Notes: generated by a model not told the origin, from the letters alone. A stretch of 64,000 nt of DNA from Nitrospirota bacterium (GCA_963699545.1 CAVOUE010000005.1:320001-384000); one strand, 5' to 3'; shown: positions 29,845-39,519, counted from the first letter of the stretch. Made by a program: numbers and translations.

Positions 29845-30435
29845 AACGCTATATCCTTGCGATATCGGGAGCCAGCGGCTCTGTGTTCGGCATCAGGGTC
29901 CTCGAATCCCTCATCAGGAAGTCAGAAGTGCATCTCATCATCTCGTCCCAGTCGTTTCCCATCATACACCATGAGACCGGCATTGACTGGTCGGGGAAGA
30001 GCGTCAGAGCAATTCAGGAAAAGATCAGGGCCCACTTCAACTCCCGCGCGATCCACTACCACGCAGAAACCGACCTCGCTGCCCCGCTTTCGAGCGGCTC
30101 GTTCATAACAGACGGCATGCTTGTGGTGCCGTGTTCGATGAAGACCCTCTCCGGCATCGCGCAGGGCTACGCGAACAACCTCACCGAACGGGCAGCGGAC
30201 GTCACGATAAAAGAGGGCAGACCACTGCTCCTTGCTCCCCGGGAAATGCCGTTCAGCGCGATCCATCTTGAGAACATGCTGAAGCTGGCAAGACTCGGGG
30301 TGAAGATAGCGCCACCTGTTCCCGGCGTTCTACCAGAAGCCGAAGAAGCTCGACGATATCGTCGATTTCGTGGCGGGGAAGATACTCGATTCCTTCTCGG
30401 TCGAACACGATCTCTTCAAAAGATGGGGCGGCTGA
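29841..30435 (+). CDS. ubiX: Flavin prenyltransferase, frameshift near 30325
   Basis: ISGASG, SSGS, PCSMKTL, PREMP; the true C-terminus (FYQKP..DFVAGKILD..RWGG) lies in the shifted frame. Confidence 0.9.
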
Positions 30436-30552
30436 GACAGCAAACCATCACACGTTTAACGTAGCCGGCCCCCGTTCTTCTCTCCAGTCAGTATGGTGTC
30501 CCGGGAATCAAAGTTGCTCCCTGAATGAAGAAGTTGCCTCACATTTTCGACA

Positions 30553-30581
30553 TTGACAAAAAAGCCATACTGTTTTACGAT
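30553..30581 (+). promoter_or_regulatory. Sigma70 promoter of the TA operon
   Basis: TTGACA-N17-TACGAT upstream of RBS AAGGAGG. Confidence 0.6.
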
Positions 30582-30611
30582 TGTATTATCGATAGGAGCG
30601 AAGGAGGACAA

Positions 30612-30818
30612 ATGGCAACGACCACGATATCTCCAAAATTTCAGGTAGTCATACCGAAAGAGGTCAGAAAGAAGCTCGATCTGAAATCCGGGCAAAAGAT
30701 GACGGTCATCACCAAGGGAGGCATCGTCTACTTCATCCCCGAGAAGCCCATAGAGGCGTTCAGAGGGTTTCTGAAAGGCATGGCTACGGGGAACGTCAGG
30801 GAGGACGAAGAACGCTGA
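30612..30818 (+). CDS. AbrB/MazE-family antitoxin
   Basis: ISPKFQVVIPKEVR; stop overlaps the toxin start. Confidence 0.9.
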   Translation: MATTTISPKFQVVIPKEVRKKLDLKSGQKMTVITKGGIVYFIPEKPIEAFRGFLKGMATGNVREDEER

Positions 30819-31210
30819 TGCTTCTCATCGATTCCTCCGGATGGATCGAGTTCTTCACCGATGGTCCTCTGGCAAGAGAATATGCAAAGCACCTGAAAGA
30901 TCCGGCAAGAATAATAACGCCCACAGTTGTTCTTTACGAGGTCTACAGGAAGATAAAGCGCGAAAAGACGGAAGAACAGGCCCTCCTGGCTGTTTCCTTC
31001 ATGAACAGGACATCAGTGATCGACCTCAGCGAAAGCATTGCGCTCCTTGCTGCTGACCTCAGTATTCAAAACTCGCTGCCGATGGCCGACGCAATGGTAT
31101 ATGCCACCGCCATGGAAAACAATTGCAGCGTTGTCACCAGTGATGAACATTTCAAGAAGCTTGGTAAGGTAATCTTCGTTCTCCTGAGAATTCGCCATTG
31201 GGGCGGCTGA
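30818..31210 (+). CDS. vapC: PIN-domain VapC toxin
   Basis: IDSSGWIE, YEVY, MADA, VTSDEHF. Confidence 0.9.
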   Translation: MLLIDSSGWIEFFTDGPLAREYAKHLKDPARIITPTVVLYEVYRKIKREKTEEQALLAVSFMNRTSVIDLSESIALLAADLSIQNSLPMADAMVYATAMENNCSVVTSDEHFKKLGKVIFVLLRIRHWGG

Positions 31211-31331
31211 GAAACAACGAGCCGTCACACCATTAAAGCAGCCTGTCCCCTTTTCCCTTGCCCTATCTCTTCGTACTTTGGGTTGAGCGGATGAAAGACC
31301 CGCCCATCCACATTCTGATGTTCATATTTAC

Positions 31332-32264
31332 CTAAAACTTCAATGATGAAAGCTTGGGAAAAATGGGACTGTCTCCTTTCCACTTAAAAGACAGCACGTC
31401 AATGCCAAGCTTGCTCAATTTGCCCGCCTGAGCTTTGCATAACATTTCGGGAATAATCAGGACCAGGCGCGGCTGGCTAATTATGTGAATACTATTGAGA
31501 AGGAGCTGGCCTACAGCAGAATATAGGCCCGTTGTACTTGCAGAGGTTTTAATCTCAAATATAGTCGAAATCACTTTCTTTTTGCCTGCAATGAACAGGT
31601 CCCGGTTCTTATCATTACGAACATCATACCCGCGCTTTCGCAAAGTCGATGCCAGCGCATTTACAATTAGGCCGTGATCACATGCCGCCTCGACTTGGCT
31701 GCCAGTGCTGTATTTTTTCTTCCCGGCATACTCTTCAGTAAAGCCTTGTTTATCCTTTTTCTCTTTCTTGACAGAGGCTGCCTTCCGCAATTTCTTGATG
31801 CGTTCAACTTCAAAGACGAATTGTTGCACCTGCTTAGGGAACCGCGGTGAGCTCAGCGCACCAATCAACGCAGCAGAACTTTTGTAAGGCCCGTCCACAA
31901 TATCTGTCCATGAGCCTGTGTAATTATCCTCAAACAAGGTCTTTCCTATTCCCTGCCGCCCACCTCCTATTTTCCCACGGTGGACTACAACTATTTCCCC
32001 CGCCTCATCCGAAGTGAAGGCTCCCCCCACTCTTCTATTGATTCCGCTTACTGGAAAATTTATTTCACAGGTTATGGGGATCATAGTATTAGCCTGTGGT
32101 TTTCTTGTCCCGAACAGGTTGACGCATCGTCCAGTTGTGAAGCGGGCCTTGTGTTTTGCGTTGCTCTTGAACGAGTAAAGCCAGATTCCCAAGCTCTCTA
32201 TCCATGCAACTTTGGCTTCAAAATTGCCGCCTGGATAACCTATTAGGGAAATAATTGGGGACAC
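31332..32264 (-). CDS. Hypothetical protein with C-terminal PD-(D/E)XK-like nuclease, possibly 5'-truncated
   Basis: RDLF..FEIKT..AVGQL pattern; start codon lies inside a GGGACACATCCC repeat with no RBS. Confidence 0.55.
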   Translation of the reverse strand: MSPIISLIGYPGGNFEAKVAWIESLGIWLYSFKSNAKHKARFTTGRCVNLFGTRKPQANTMIPITCEINFPVSGINRRVGGAFTSDEAGEIVVVHRGKIGGGRQGIGKTLFEDNYTGSWTDIVDGPYKSSAALIGALSSPRFPKQVQQFVFEVERIKKLRKAASVKKEKKDKQGFTEEYAGKKKYSTGSQVEAACDHGLIVNALASTLRKRGYDVRNDKNRDLFIAGKKKVISTIFEIKTSASTTGLYSAVGQLLLNSIHIISQPRLVLIIPEMLCKAQAGKLSKLGIDVLSFKWKGDSPIFPKLSSLKF

Positions 32265-32269
32265 ATCCC
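32258..32269. repeat. REP-like 12-mer GGGACACATCCC, copy 1 (other copies at 33545-33556 and 33588-33599)
   Basis: Three identical copies; GGGA/TCCC ends are self-complementary. Confidence 0.75.
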
Positions 32270-32283
32270 GTTTTTCTTCTTCC

Positions 32284-32354
32284 TGCAGACTCTCACCATT
32301 ACTATCGGAAATAGTAACACTTGGAGAGATAGCTGACGTGCGAGTTATCAGGTG
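32284..32354 (+). repeat. About 70-bp imperfect direct repeat, copy A
   Basis: TGCAGACTCTCA.CATTACTATCGGAAATAG.AACACT..GAGAGATAGCTGACGTGCG..TCAGGTG matches 34781-34851. Confidence 0.85.
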
Positions 32355-32445
32355 GACTTTGTGGTCGCCTTAAGTTCCTCCCACCGTAGACACCAGGGGC
32401 AAGCCCGTCGGTATCTACACATATCCACTCTTCAAAATATATTAG

Positions 32446-32754
32446 TTAGCCACCAATTACTGCGGTGTCCTCCTTTAATGCCTGAGATATTTCACGCTGG
32501 ACTATAGGGAAAGTAATTGAGTTCCAGGCGTCACCAAAATGGTTGGTAAGCATAGTTAAAGCTGTTGGGTCATTTGTCTCAATAACAAAAAAGATTTTCA
32601 GGGGAGAGCTTCCTACGACTTCATATCGCATAATTGTTTTACATTTCTTATGAAAAACCTTATCCTTGCCTTTTCTTATCCACGACGCCCTTTCCCGATA
32701 GATGTCTTTTCGAGTCATATTCTCTTTGGCATCAAAAATAGAGATATACCACAT
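32446..32754 (-). CDS. Small hypothetical protein (DUF3303-like, tentative)
   Basis: 102 aa ORF with RBS GGAGG; FFVIETND pattern. Confidence 0.65.
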   Translation of the reverse strand: MWYISIFDAKENMTRKDIYRERASWIRKGKDKVFHKKCKTIMRYEVVGSSPLKIFFVIETNDPTALTMLTNHFGDAWNSITFPIVQREISQALKEDTAVIGG

Positions 32755-32949
32755 ATTAGACCTCCGTTACTGGCGGGAATACTGTGATTCCCGTCAGTGG
32801 TAAATGGAATCTGACCTATGATCAGCTCGCATCAGCCTCCAATGTAACCAGCTGAAACTTGCTCCTTTTCAGGCGCTTCTTCCTGTATACGAAATGAAGC
32901 AGTGCTTTCGATATCGCGGGCGTACCACACTCTCTAACCCAAAAAACTT

Positions 32950-33294
32950 TTACACCACACTGCCTTCGCCCCTTAAATAGCCGAGAACCTGCGGGTTCGG
33001 TTTAGGAAGCCCTGCTATCTTCCAGGCCTTGAGAGGATCAATAAACTGCGTTATTACACAATCCTTAGGCTGATGGACGTGCGAACATATTCTGTCCAGG
33101 AGCGGGAAGAAATTGTATTTCATGTAATAATCCCTCATGAATTTTATGATGTCCATCCGGTCTTTTGTCAGCTCCTCCACCTTTTCATTTTCTGCTAATC
33201 CACAGGCGACCTTCTCATTCCATTCAGCAGTATTCACGAGATAACCTTCATCATCGACGGTTATCTTCAGCGCTCCATGTTCGATTACAGGCAT
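32950..33294 (-). CDS. TusE/DsrC-family protein lacking the C-terminal cysteines
   Basis: VDDEGYL..WN, IIKFMRDYY and KIAGLPKP; RBS AAGGAG. Confidence 0.85.
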   Translation of the reverse strand: MPVIEHGALKITVDDEGYLVNTAEWNEKVACGLAENEKVEELTKDRMDIIKFMRDYYMKYNFFPLLDRICSHVHQPKDCVITQFIDPLKAWKIAGLPKPNPQVLGYLRGEGSVV

Positions 33295-33696
33295 CTGAAA
33301 CTCCTTCCTCAGTTAAACTGCCATTTTTCTTTGACCTAAACGTCGCAACAAAGTGCTCTCGAATACAACGATCAGGTTACGTTTTAAGTCCCTACGCCAT
33401 GATTTGATGCTATCACACCTGCAATAAATGTCAACATTCAAGAATAAATGGTCCGTGTGCTTCAGCCTTTTAGCAAAACCTTTGCAGAATCCCCCTTGCC
33501 ACGGGGAGTTTCACCAAGATATTCGCTGAGAGCGGAAAAGACCAGGGACACATCCCAGTTTCGGCTTGCAGGTTCAGGAAAATATTAGGGACACATCCCG
33601 TTATTTAACGCATCCCAAGGATTGACAGCACTCTTTGTTATATCCTTCTTTTCGCGCGCAGAGAACAATTTTGCTGTCATCATTTCCACCACATAT

Positions 33697-34380
33697 TTAC
33701 TTAAACCCCAACCTTTGTGGAGGAAAATCGATTACCTCGCATGAAGATCTCAGTCCTTTCTGCGTCTTCTTGCTGAGCTTCAGTGATCTTATAACCGACT
33801 CCAACCGATCAGTATCGAGCTGCCGGGCAATGGCGGCACATTGCTCAAGGTCCTTATCTTTCTTGCTCTCGCCCAGCCTTCTCTGGGCCGTAATCAATTT
33901 ATGGACGAAGAAGGCTTCAGGTAGTGGCGCCCTTACCTTGAAGTTTCCAAAATCTGCTGTGAACGGGAAGCTGAGGAGAAGATCAACAAAAGGAAGGGGT
34001 GATGCCGTGATGTTCCATTTTCTTACTGGTACAACCTGCTCATCCCGCCCACCTTTACGATGTGCAACGAACTCAACAGTGAAATTTTCGTGAGTAAACC
34101 GACGGATGCCTGACTGCATGACAACAGGAATATAGCCGAGATCAGTGATGACCTTTTCGAGGTCAACTTTCTTTGCTCCGCCTAAGGGGGCAAATTTGAC
34201 CGCAAAATCTATGTCCAGCGTGCGTAAGACATAAGGGATGCCAAAAGCTTCCTGATACAGGGGCATCACCCAGCTTCCAATCAGAAGGGATTCATTGAAG
34301 AATCCTACCAAAGAAAATGCGCTCAAAAGTTCTCGGACTTCTGACGGGAAAATGTTCTTATTCGTGAGCGATACTTCCAT
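33697..34380 (-). CDS. Nucleotidyltransferase-fold protein (GSU2403/AbiEii-like)
   Basis: LIGSW..Y, RTLDIDF, HKL and KD motifs. Confidence 0.75.
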   Translation of the reverse strand: MEVSLTNKNIFPSEVRELLSAFSLVGFFNESLLIGSWVMPLYQEAFGIPYVLRTLDIDFAVKFAPLGGAKKVDLEKVITDLGYIPVVMQSGIRRFTHENFTVEFVAHRKGGRDEQVVPVRKWNITASPLPFVDLLLSFPFTADFGNFKVRAPLPEAFFVHKLITAQRRLGESKKDKDLEQCAAIARQLDTDRLESVIRSLKLSKKTQKGLRSSCEVIDFPPQRLGFK

Positions 34381-34720
34381 GTCCCCTTCTTCTGCCTGCT
34401 TGCAGTATCTTATTCAGATAGGCAATTTTCTTTTCGTAGGACTGCATTTCCTTCTCATATTTTTTCCTCATGGCAAGCTTTTCTAAAATCTCCTGCATCT
34501 CCTTATTAGGTATATGCTTGCCGATAACTTTCTCCCCTTCACGATACTTCAGGTAATAGTAAGAATACACCTTATCCTTGTAGCGCTTTTTCCTCTCGCT
34601 TATCACACCTTTCGGAAGTTTAGATACGGACTTCTCAAGTCTGTCAAACATCTCCTGACAACGCTTGAGTTCATCGCGAAGCATCCCGCTTATGACCTTA
34701 TCTTTTTCCACCACTTTCAT
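34358..34720 (-). CDS. Small basic hypothetical protein, putative DNA-binding partner of the nucleotidyltransferase
   Basis: LPKG..YYYLKYREGEKV..I; overlaps the start of the nucleotidyltransferase gene. Confidence 0.7.
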   Translation of the reverse strand: MKVVEKDKVISGMLRDELKRCQEMFDRLEKSVSKLPKGVISERKKRYKDKVYSYYYLKYREGEKVIGKHIPNKEMQEILEKLAMRKKYEKEMQSYEKKIAYLNKILQAGRRRGHGSIAHE

Positions 34721-34755
34721 GCCCTTATTATGCTTTGTGTGGTGGAAAAAAGCAA
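34703..34755 (-). promoter_or_regulatory. Leaderless sigma70 promoter with a 12-bp inverted-repeat operator
   Basis: Minus strand TTGCTT-N17-CATAAT-N6-ATG; TTTTTCCACCAC(34703)-N24-GTGGTGGAAAAA(34739). Confidence 0.6.
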
Positions 34756-34780
34756 TGCCCTTGATCCGACTGAATACCTT

Positions 34781-34851
34781 TGCAGACTCTCAACATTACT
34801 ATCGGAAATAGAAACACTCAGAGAGATAGCTGACGTGCGGAGTCTCAGGTG
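34781..34851 (+). repeat. About 70-bp imperfect direct repeat, copy B
   Basis: Matches 32284-32354. Confidence 0.85.
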
Positions 34852-34923
34852 CACACCACAGGCAAATGGGTTTCTTATGATTTATCTCATACCACACCGC
34901 GAATAATCTGATACAATAAAAGT

Positions 34924-35166
34924 ATGCTTAAGGAAGGATGTCCGGGAAGCAAAGAGATCAGGAACCCGTTCCCTGAAGAGATCGAGTGCTTTTGGTGCGG
35001 CGCCGTCAACGAGATATGGTCTGACGAAACCGAAAGAGCCTGCAAAGGCTGCGGCAAGACAATCTCCAGGGATATCGGGGTGACCTGCCTTCAGTGGTGC
35101 CCGGCGGCGCGGGAGTGCGTAGGCGCTGAAAAGTACGAACGCCTTATGAAGGCGGTGCACAAATAG
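34924..35166 (+). CDS. Small 8-Cys protein (Zn-ribbon or Fe-S candidate)
   Basis: CPG, CxxC, EIWSDE, CxxC, CxxWC, ECVG. Confidence 0.75.
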   Translation: MLKEGCPGSKEIRNPFPEEIECFWCGAVNEIWSDETERACKGCGKTISRDIGVTCLQWCPAARECVGAEKYERLMKAVHK

Positions 35167-35224
35167 CAGCCCGTTGTCTTCCTGAGGGGAGGAAGGCGTC
35201 GGCCTTGTGCAGAGGGGACAGACC

Positions 35225-36027
35225 GTGAGGAGAAAGGCAGCGGTTGCAGGGCAGTTTTACCATGACTCTTCTGCCCGGCTCAGCCATCAGGTCCAGCAGT
35301 ACATCACCCATGGTCTGCCCAGGGAACCGCCATCGGGATCCTTTCCCCGCACGCAGGCCTGATCTATTCCGGTGCGGTTGCCGGTGAGGTCTATTCAAGG
35401 ATATCGTTGCCGGGAACCCTCCTGCTGATCGGTCCCAACCATACCGGCCTCGGGGCGCGGATGGCCCTGATGTCCGAGGGCGAATGGGAAATTCCGACAG
35501 GTCTCTTTTCGATCGACGAAAGGCTCGCGCAGAGGATCCTCTCCAGCGCGCCGCTGGTCTCAAGCGACTCCCAGGCCCATATCTTTGAACATTCCCTTGA
35601 GGTCCAGCTTCCCTTTATCGCTGCGTTCTCAAAAGGCTCCAGGATCGTGCCGCTGACCGTCATGTCGGCCACGCTGGAAGAATGCATGTCCCTTGGCGAG
35701 GGCATCGCGAAGGCGATCAGGGGCCTGGATTACCCCGTATTGATGGTGGCGAGCTCCGACATGAGCCATTATGTCCCCGATGCCGTTGCGCGAAAGAAGG
35801 ACAAGATGGCGATTGACAGGGTCCTTTCCCTTGACCCCAAAGGGCTGTTCGAAACCGTGCGGAAGGAACAGATATCGATGTGCGGGTATTTGCCCGCCGT
35901 CATAATGCTCTTTGCCGCAAAATCCCTTGACGCGAGGGACGCGAGACTCATAAAATACGCAACGTCAGGGGACGTGAGCGGCGATTATGATGCTGTCGTC
36001 GGTTACGCGGGGATTATCATATCGTAG
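35225..36027 (+). CDS. MEMO1-family protein (AmmeMemoRadiSam protein B), frameshift near 35325
   Basis: AVAGQFY, SPHAGLIYSG, GPNH, EHSLEVQLPF, SSDMSHY, SMCG, VGYAG. Confidence 0.88.
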
Positions 36028-36200
36028 GGGTCAAGGGTCGAGTGGTTCTTCGATCCTGTTAACACGTTGCCGTTCTGTTGTTTTCTCTTGAACCCTTAAA
36101 TCCTCTTCACCCTGAACCCCTTTTTCTTGTTGCACTTTCTCCTTGCCCAAATACCATGATTTCTGGTATAACAAAAGTAGGTTTAGATTGAGGGCAGTTT

Positions 36201-36381
36201 GCCTGCCCTGTTTGTGATGGGTGAAAAAAGTTGATCCGGCAAATTAGATCTTTTGGGAGTCAGAGTAAGGGGTACGGTGCGCATGCCGGGCATTCATTTG
36301 CCTGGAAGCCTGAAGTCTCCTTCAAGACACCCACCTATACACTAGGCGGATCTGATTATTCACCTGCACGGCAGGGCGGGT
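36201..36381 (+). ncRNA. ssrS: 6S RNA
   Basis: About 180 nt; terminal stem CCTGCCCTG/CAGGGCGGG, long complementarity, central bubble; upstream of rny; promoter TTGCCC-N18-TATAAC at 36143-36172. Confidence 0.75.
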
Positions 36382-36626
36382 TTATTTTGCGGGTTCTTTT
36401 GATCGCGTTGCTTTTTGTGAGGAATTTAAATAAAAAAATAGAGGAATCTGGCACATTGCCTCCCTTCATGAACGCTGACACCGCTTCAGGCAGCCGGAAA
36501 GACCGCATTGTCCCGGAAGATTCCTTTAGGCTACAGAGTCGTATATCTCTCTTGCCATCCTTGCAATAGCATAACAGACACAGTAAGCCCGCACTGCCCT
36601 CATCGGCACTATACTACGAAAGGGGG

Positions 36627-38198
36627 ATGTGTGCGATGATCGACGTGTGGTACCTGCTCATTGCTGTCATCACCGGCATTTCAGTTGGCGTACTCCTCAG
36701 CCTTCTCTACAAACGCTCCATCAAGACCCAGCAGTCGGCCCTGAAGCAGGAAAAAGAGAATATTGTCGCAGAGGCAAAAAAGACGGCGGATGTCATCAGG
36801 AAGGAAGCCGCTGTCGAAGCCAAAGACCTCGTATACCAGGCAAAGTCGGAAGCGGAAAAGGAGCTCAGGGAGAGGCGCAATGAAGTGAACCAGCTGGACA
36901 AGAGGCTCAGGCAGAAAGAAGAGACCCTGGAGAGGAGGGTCAGCCAGTCGGAAAAAAGAGAGCACGAACTCAACAAGAGGGAGAAGGAATATAACGCAAA
37001 GGAGCGCGGACTTCAGGACAAGGAAAACCAGTACGCCCAGATCATCAAGGACCAGATGGCGGCCCTCGAAAGGGTTTCCGGCCTGACCGCGGATGAGGCG
37101 AGGCAGGAACTCGTCAGGAGAGTGGAAGAAGAGATGCGCTTCGAGTCCTCAAAGATCGCCAAGAGGATAGAGGATGAGGCGCGTGAAGGCGCCGAGAAGA
37201 AGGCCAAGGAGATCGTGAGCCTCGCGATCCAGCGGTATGCCAGCGACTATGTCGCTGACGGGACGGTAACAGCGGTGAGCCTCCCCAACGACGAGATGAA
37301 AGGGAGGATCATAGGAAGGGAGGGGAGGAACATCCGTGCCCTGGAGGCTGCCACAGGGGTCGACCTCATCGTGGACGATACTCCTGAACTCGTCACCCTT
37401 TCCGGCTTTGACCCTGTGAGGAGGGAAATAGCCCGTATGTCGCTGGAAAGGCTGATCGCCGACGGAAGGATACATCCGACCAGAATAGAAGAGATTGTTG
37501 AGAAGATCAAAAAGGAAGTGGATGCCACCATCAAAGAGGAAGGCGAAAAAGCGGTCTTCGACCTTGGTCTTTCGGGCATACACCCGGAGATCATAAGGCT
37601 GATGGGGCGGCTTAAGTACCGGACGTCTTATGGGCAGAACATGCTCCAGCACTCAAGGGAAGTGGCATATCTCGCAGGGATGATGGCGTCGGAACTCGGT
37701 GTTGATGTGAAACTCGCAAAGAGAGGGGGGCTCCTCCACGATATCGGCAAGGCGGTTGACCACGAGATTGAAGGCTCCCATCAGGAGATAGGCTCAAACA
37801 TCGCCAAGAAGCACGGAGAGAACCCCAAGGTGGTTAATGCAATCTATGCGCATCACGGCGATGTGGAGCCGACAACCGTGGAAGCCGCCCTTGTTGCGGC
37901 GGCAGACGCCCTTTCGGCGGCACGGCCGGGAGTGAGAAGGGAGAGCATCGAAAACTATCTGAAGCGTCTTGAAAAGCTGGAACAGATGGCGATGTCGTAC
38001 AACGGCGTCGAGAAATGCTATGCCATACAGGCCGGGCGAGAAGTGAGGATTATCGTGAAACCTGAGGACATCACTGACGAGATGGCGTCCATGCTCTCCC
38101 GGGACCTCTCAAAGAAAATTGAAGCCGAGCTGACCTATCCAGGCCAGATCAAGGTCACTGTCATCAGAGAATCGAGATACGTGGAGTATGCAAAGTGA
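36627..38198 (+). CDS. rny: Ribonuclease Y
   Basis: N-terminal TM helix, coiled coil, KH domain ([12 protein letters not shown]), HD domain (LLHDIGK). Confidence 0.97.
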   Translation: MCAMIDVWYLLIAVITGISVGVLLSLLYKRSIKTQQSALKQEKENIVAEAKKTADVIRKEAAVEAKDLVYQAKSEAEKELRERRNEVNQLDKRLRQKEETLERRVSQSEKREHELNKREKEYNAKERGLQDKENQYAQIIKDQMAALERVSGLTADEARQELVRRVEEEMRFESSKIAKRIEDEAREGAEKKAKEIVSLAIQRYASDYVADGTVTAVSLPNDEMKGRIIGREGRNIRALEAATGVDLIVDDTPELVTLSGFDPVRREIARMSLERLIADGRIHPTRIEEIVEKIKKEVDATIKEEGEKAVFDLGLSGIHPEIIRLMGRLKYRTSYGQNMLQHSREVAYLAGMMASELGVDVKLAKRGGLLHDIGKAVDHEIEGSHQEIGSNIAKKHGENPKVVNAIYAHHGDVEPTTVEAALVAAADALSAARPGVRRESIENYLKRLEKLEQMAMSYNGVEKCYAIQAGREVRIIVKPEDITDEMASMLSRDLSKKIEAELTYPGQIKVTVIRESRYVEYAK

Positions 38199-38276
38199 GA
38201 CGATGGGCTATAGGCTGTTGGCGATGAATCGGGAAGGAGCTATGGCCTATGACCTCTTGCCTGGTGCCTCCGCGTT

Positions 38277-39059
38277 ATGAAGGTCCTTTTCATCGGGGAT
38301 ATCGTCGGCACAGTGGGGAGAGGGACTATCAAGGCCCTTCTCCCGGCGCTCCGTGACCGGTACAAGATCGATCTCGTTGTGGCGAACGGCGAGAATGCGG
38401 CAGGGGGCTTCGGGATAACGGAGAAAGTGGCCACAGAGATCTTCGGCCTTGGCGTCAATGTCATGACCAGCGGAAACCATATCTGGGATAAGAAAGAATC
38501 CGTCCCTTATATAGCCAAGGAGAACCGGATCATCAGGCCGGTGAACTATCCTCCGGGTGTTCCCGGCTTTGGCAGTGTTGTCGTCACCCTTCCCTCCGGG
38601 GCGAAGATCGGTATCGTCAATATATCGGGAAGGGTCTTCATGTCAAGCATTGATTGTCCTTTCAGGGTAGGGAAGGCCGAGATCGAGCGGGTACAGAAAG
38701 AGACGCAATGCATCATCGTGGATTTCCATGCCGAGGCCACGTCGGAGAAGATCGCCTTTGGTTATTTCATAGACGGTAAGGTGAGCGCGGTCGTGGGCAC
38801 GCACACCCACGTTCAGACGGCTGACGAAAAGATCCTGCCCGGCGGCACAGCGTATATCACTGACGTAGGTATGACCGGCCCGGAAATCTCGGTCATCGGA
38901 ATAGAGAAGGAACAGATCATCGAACGTTTTCTTCTCCAGATGCCGAGAAAGTTCGAGACGGCAAGGGGCAACGGAATGCTCTCAGCCGTGGTGATAGAGA
39001 TCGATGCCAAGTCCGGGAAGTCAACCGCCATTCAGAGATTGCAGCTGACATACCCGTAA
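38277..39059 (+). CDS. ymdB: YmdB-like metallophosphoesterase (TIGR00282)
   Basis: GDIVG, NGEN, GNH, DFHAEATSEK, GTHTH. Confidence 0.93.
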   Translation: MKVLFIGDIVGTVGRGTIKALLPALRDRYKIDLVVANGENAAGGFGITEKVATEIFGLGVNVMTSGNHIWDKKESVPYIAKENRIIRPVNYPPGVPGFGSVVVTLPSGAKIGIVNISGRVFMSSIDCPFRVGKAEIERVQKETQCIIVDFHAEATSEKIAFGYFIDGKVSAVVGTHTHVQTADEKILPGGTAYITDVGMTGPEISVIGIEKEQIIERFLLQMPRKFETARGNGMLSAVVIEIDAKSGKSTAIQRLQLTYP

Positions 39060-39096
39060 GGGGTTGACAGGAACACGTTCCAAGGGGGTAGCGGTA

Positions 39097-39519
39097 ATGA
39101 TGGAAGCGAAGGTTAAGTACGTCGACGGGATGCAATTTGTAGGCGAGGCCTCATCAGGCCATGCTGTTGTGATGGACGGTGATGCAAAGTTCGGAGGCGC
39201 GAACACGGCGGTCAGACCGACAGAACTCCTCCTCATCGGCCTTGGCGGCTGTTCCGGCATGGACGTGGTCTCCGTCCTTAAGAAGAAAAAACAGGATGTC
39301 AGGGGACTGGAAATCAATATAAAAGGCCAGAAGGCTGAAACCTACCCCCAGAAGTTCACTCACATCGACATAGAATTCGTTGTGAGGGGCCGCAATGTTT
39401 CGGAAGAGGCGGTGAAGCGGGCGATTGACCTCTCCATGGAAAAATACTGTTCGGTGAAGGCAACCCTGGAAGGGTGCGCAGAGATAACCTTTCGCTACAG
39501 GATAACAGAGGAAGAGTAG
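39097..39519 (+). CDS. OsmC/YhfA-family protein
   Basis: RPTELLL..GGCSGMDV and KYCSV. Confidence 0.9.
   Translation: MMEAKVKYVDGMQFVGEASSGHAVVMDGDAKFGGANTAVRPTELLLIGLGGCSGMDVVSVLKKKKQDVRGLEINIKGQKAETYPQKFTHIDIEFVVRGRNVSEEAVKRAIDLSMEKYCSVKATLEGCAEITFRYRITEEE

Noticed and set aside
36231-36569. 112-aa ORF upstream of rny
   Set aside because: It overlaps the predicted 6S RNA and has no RBS or protein features
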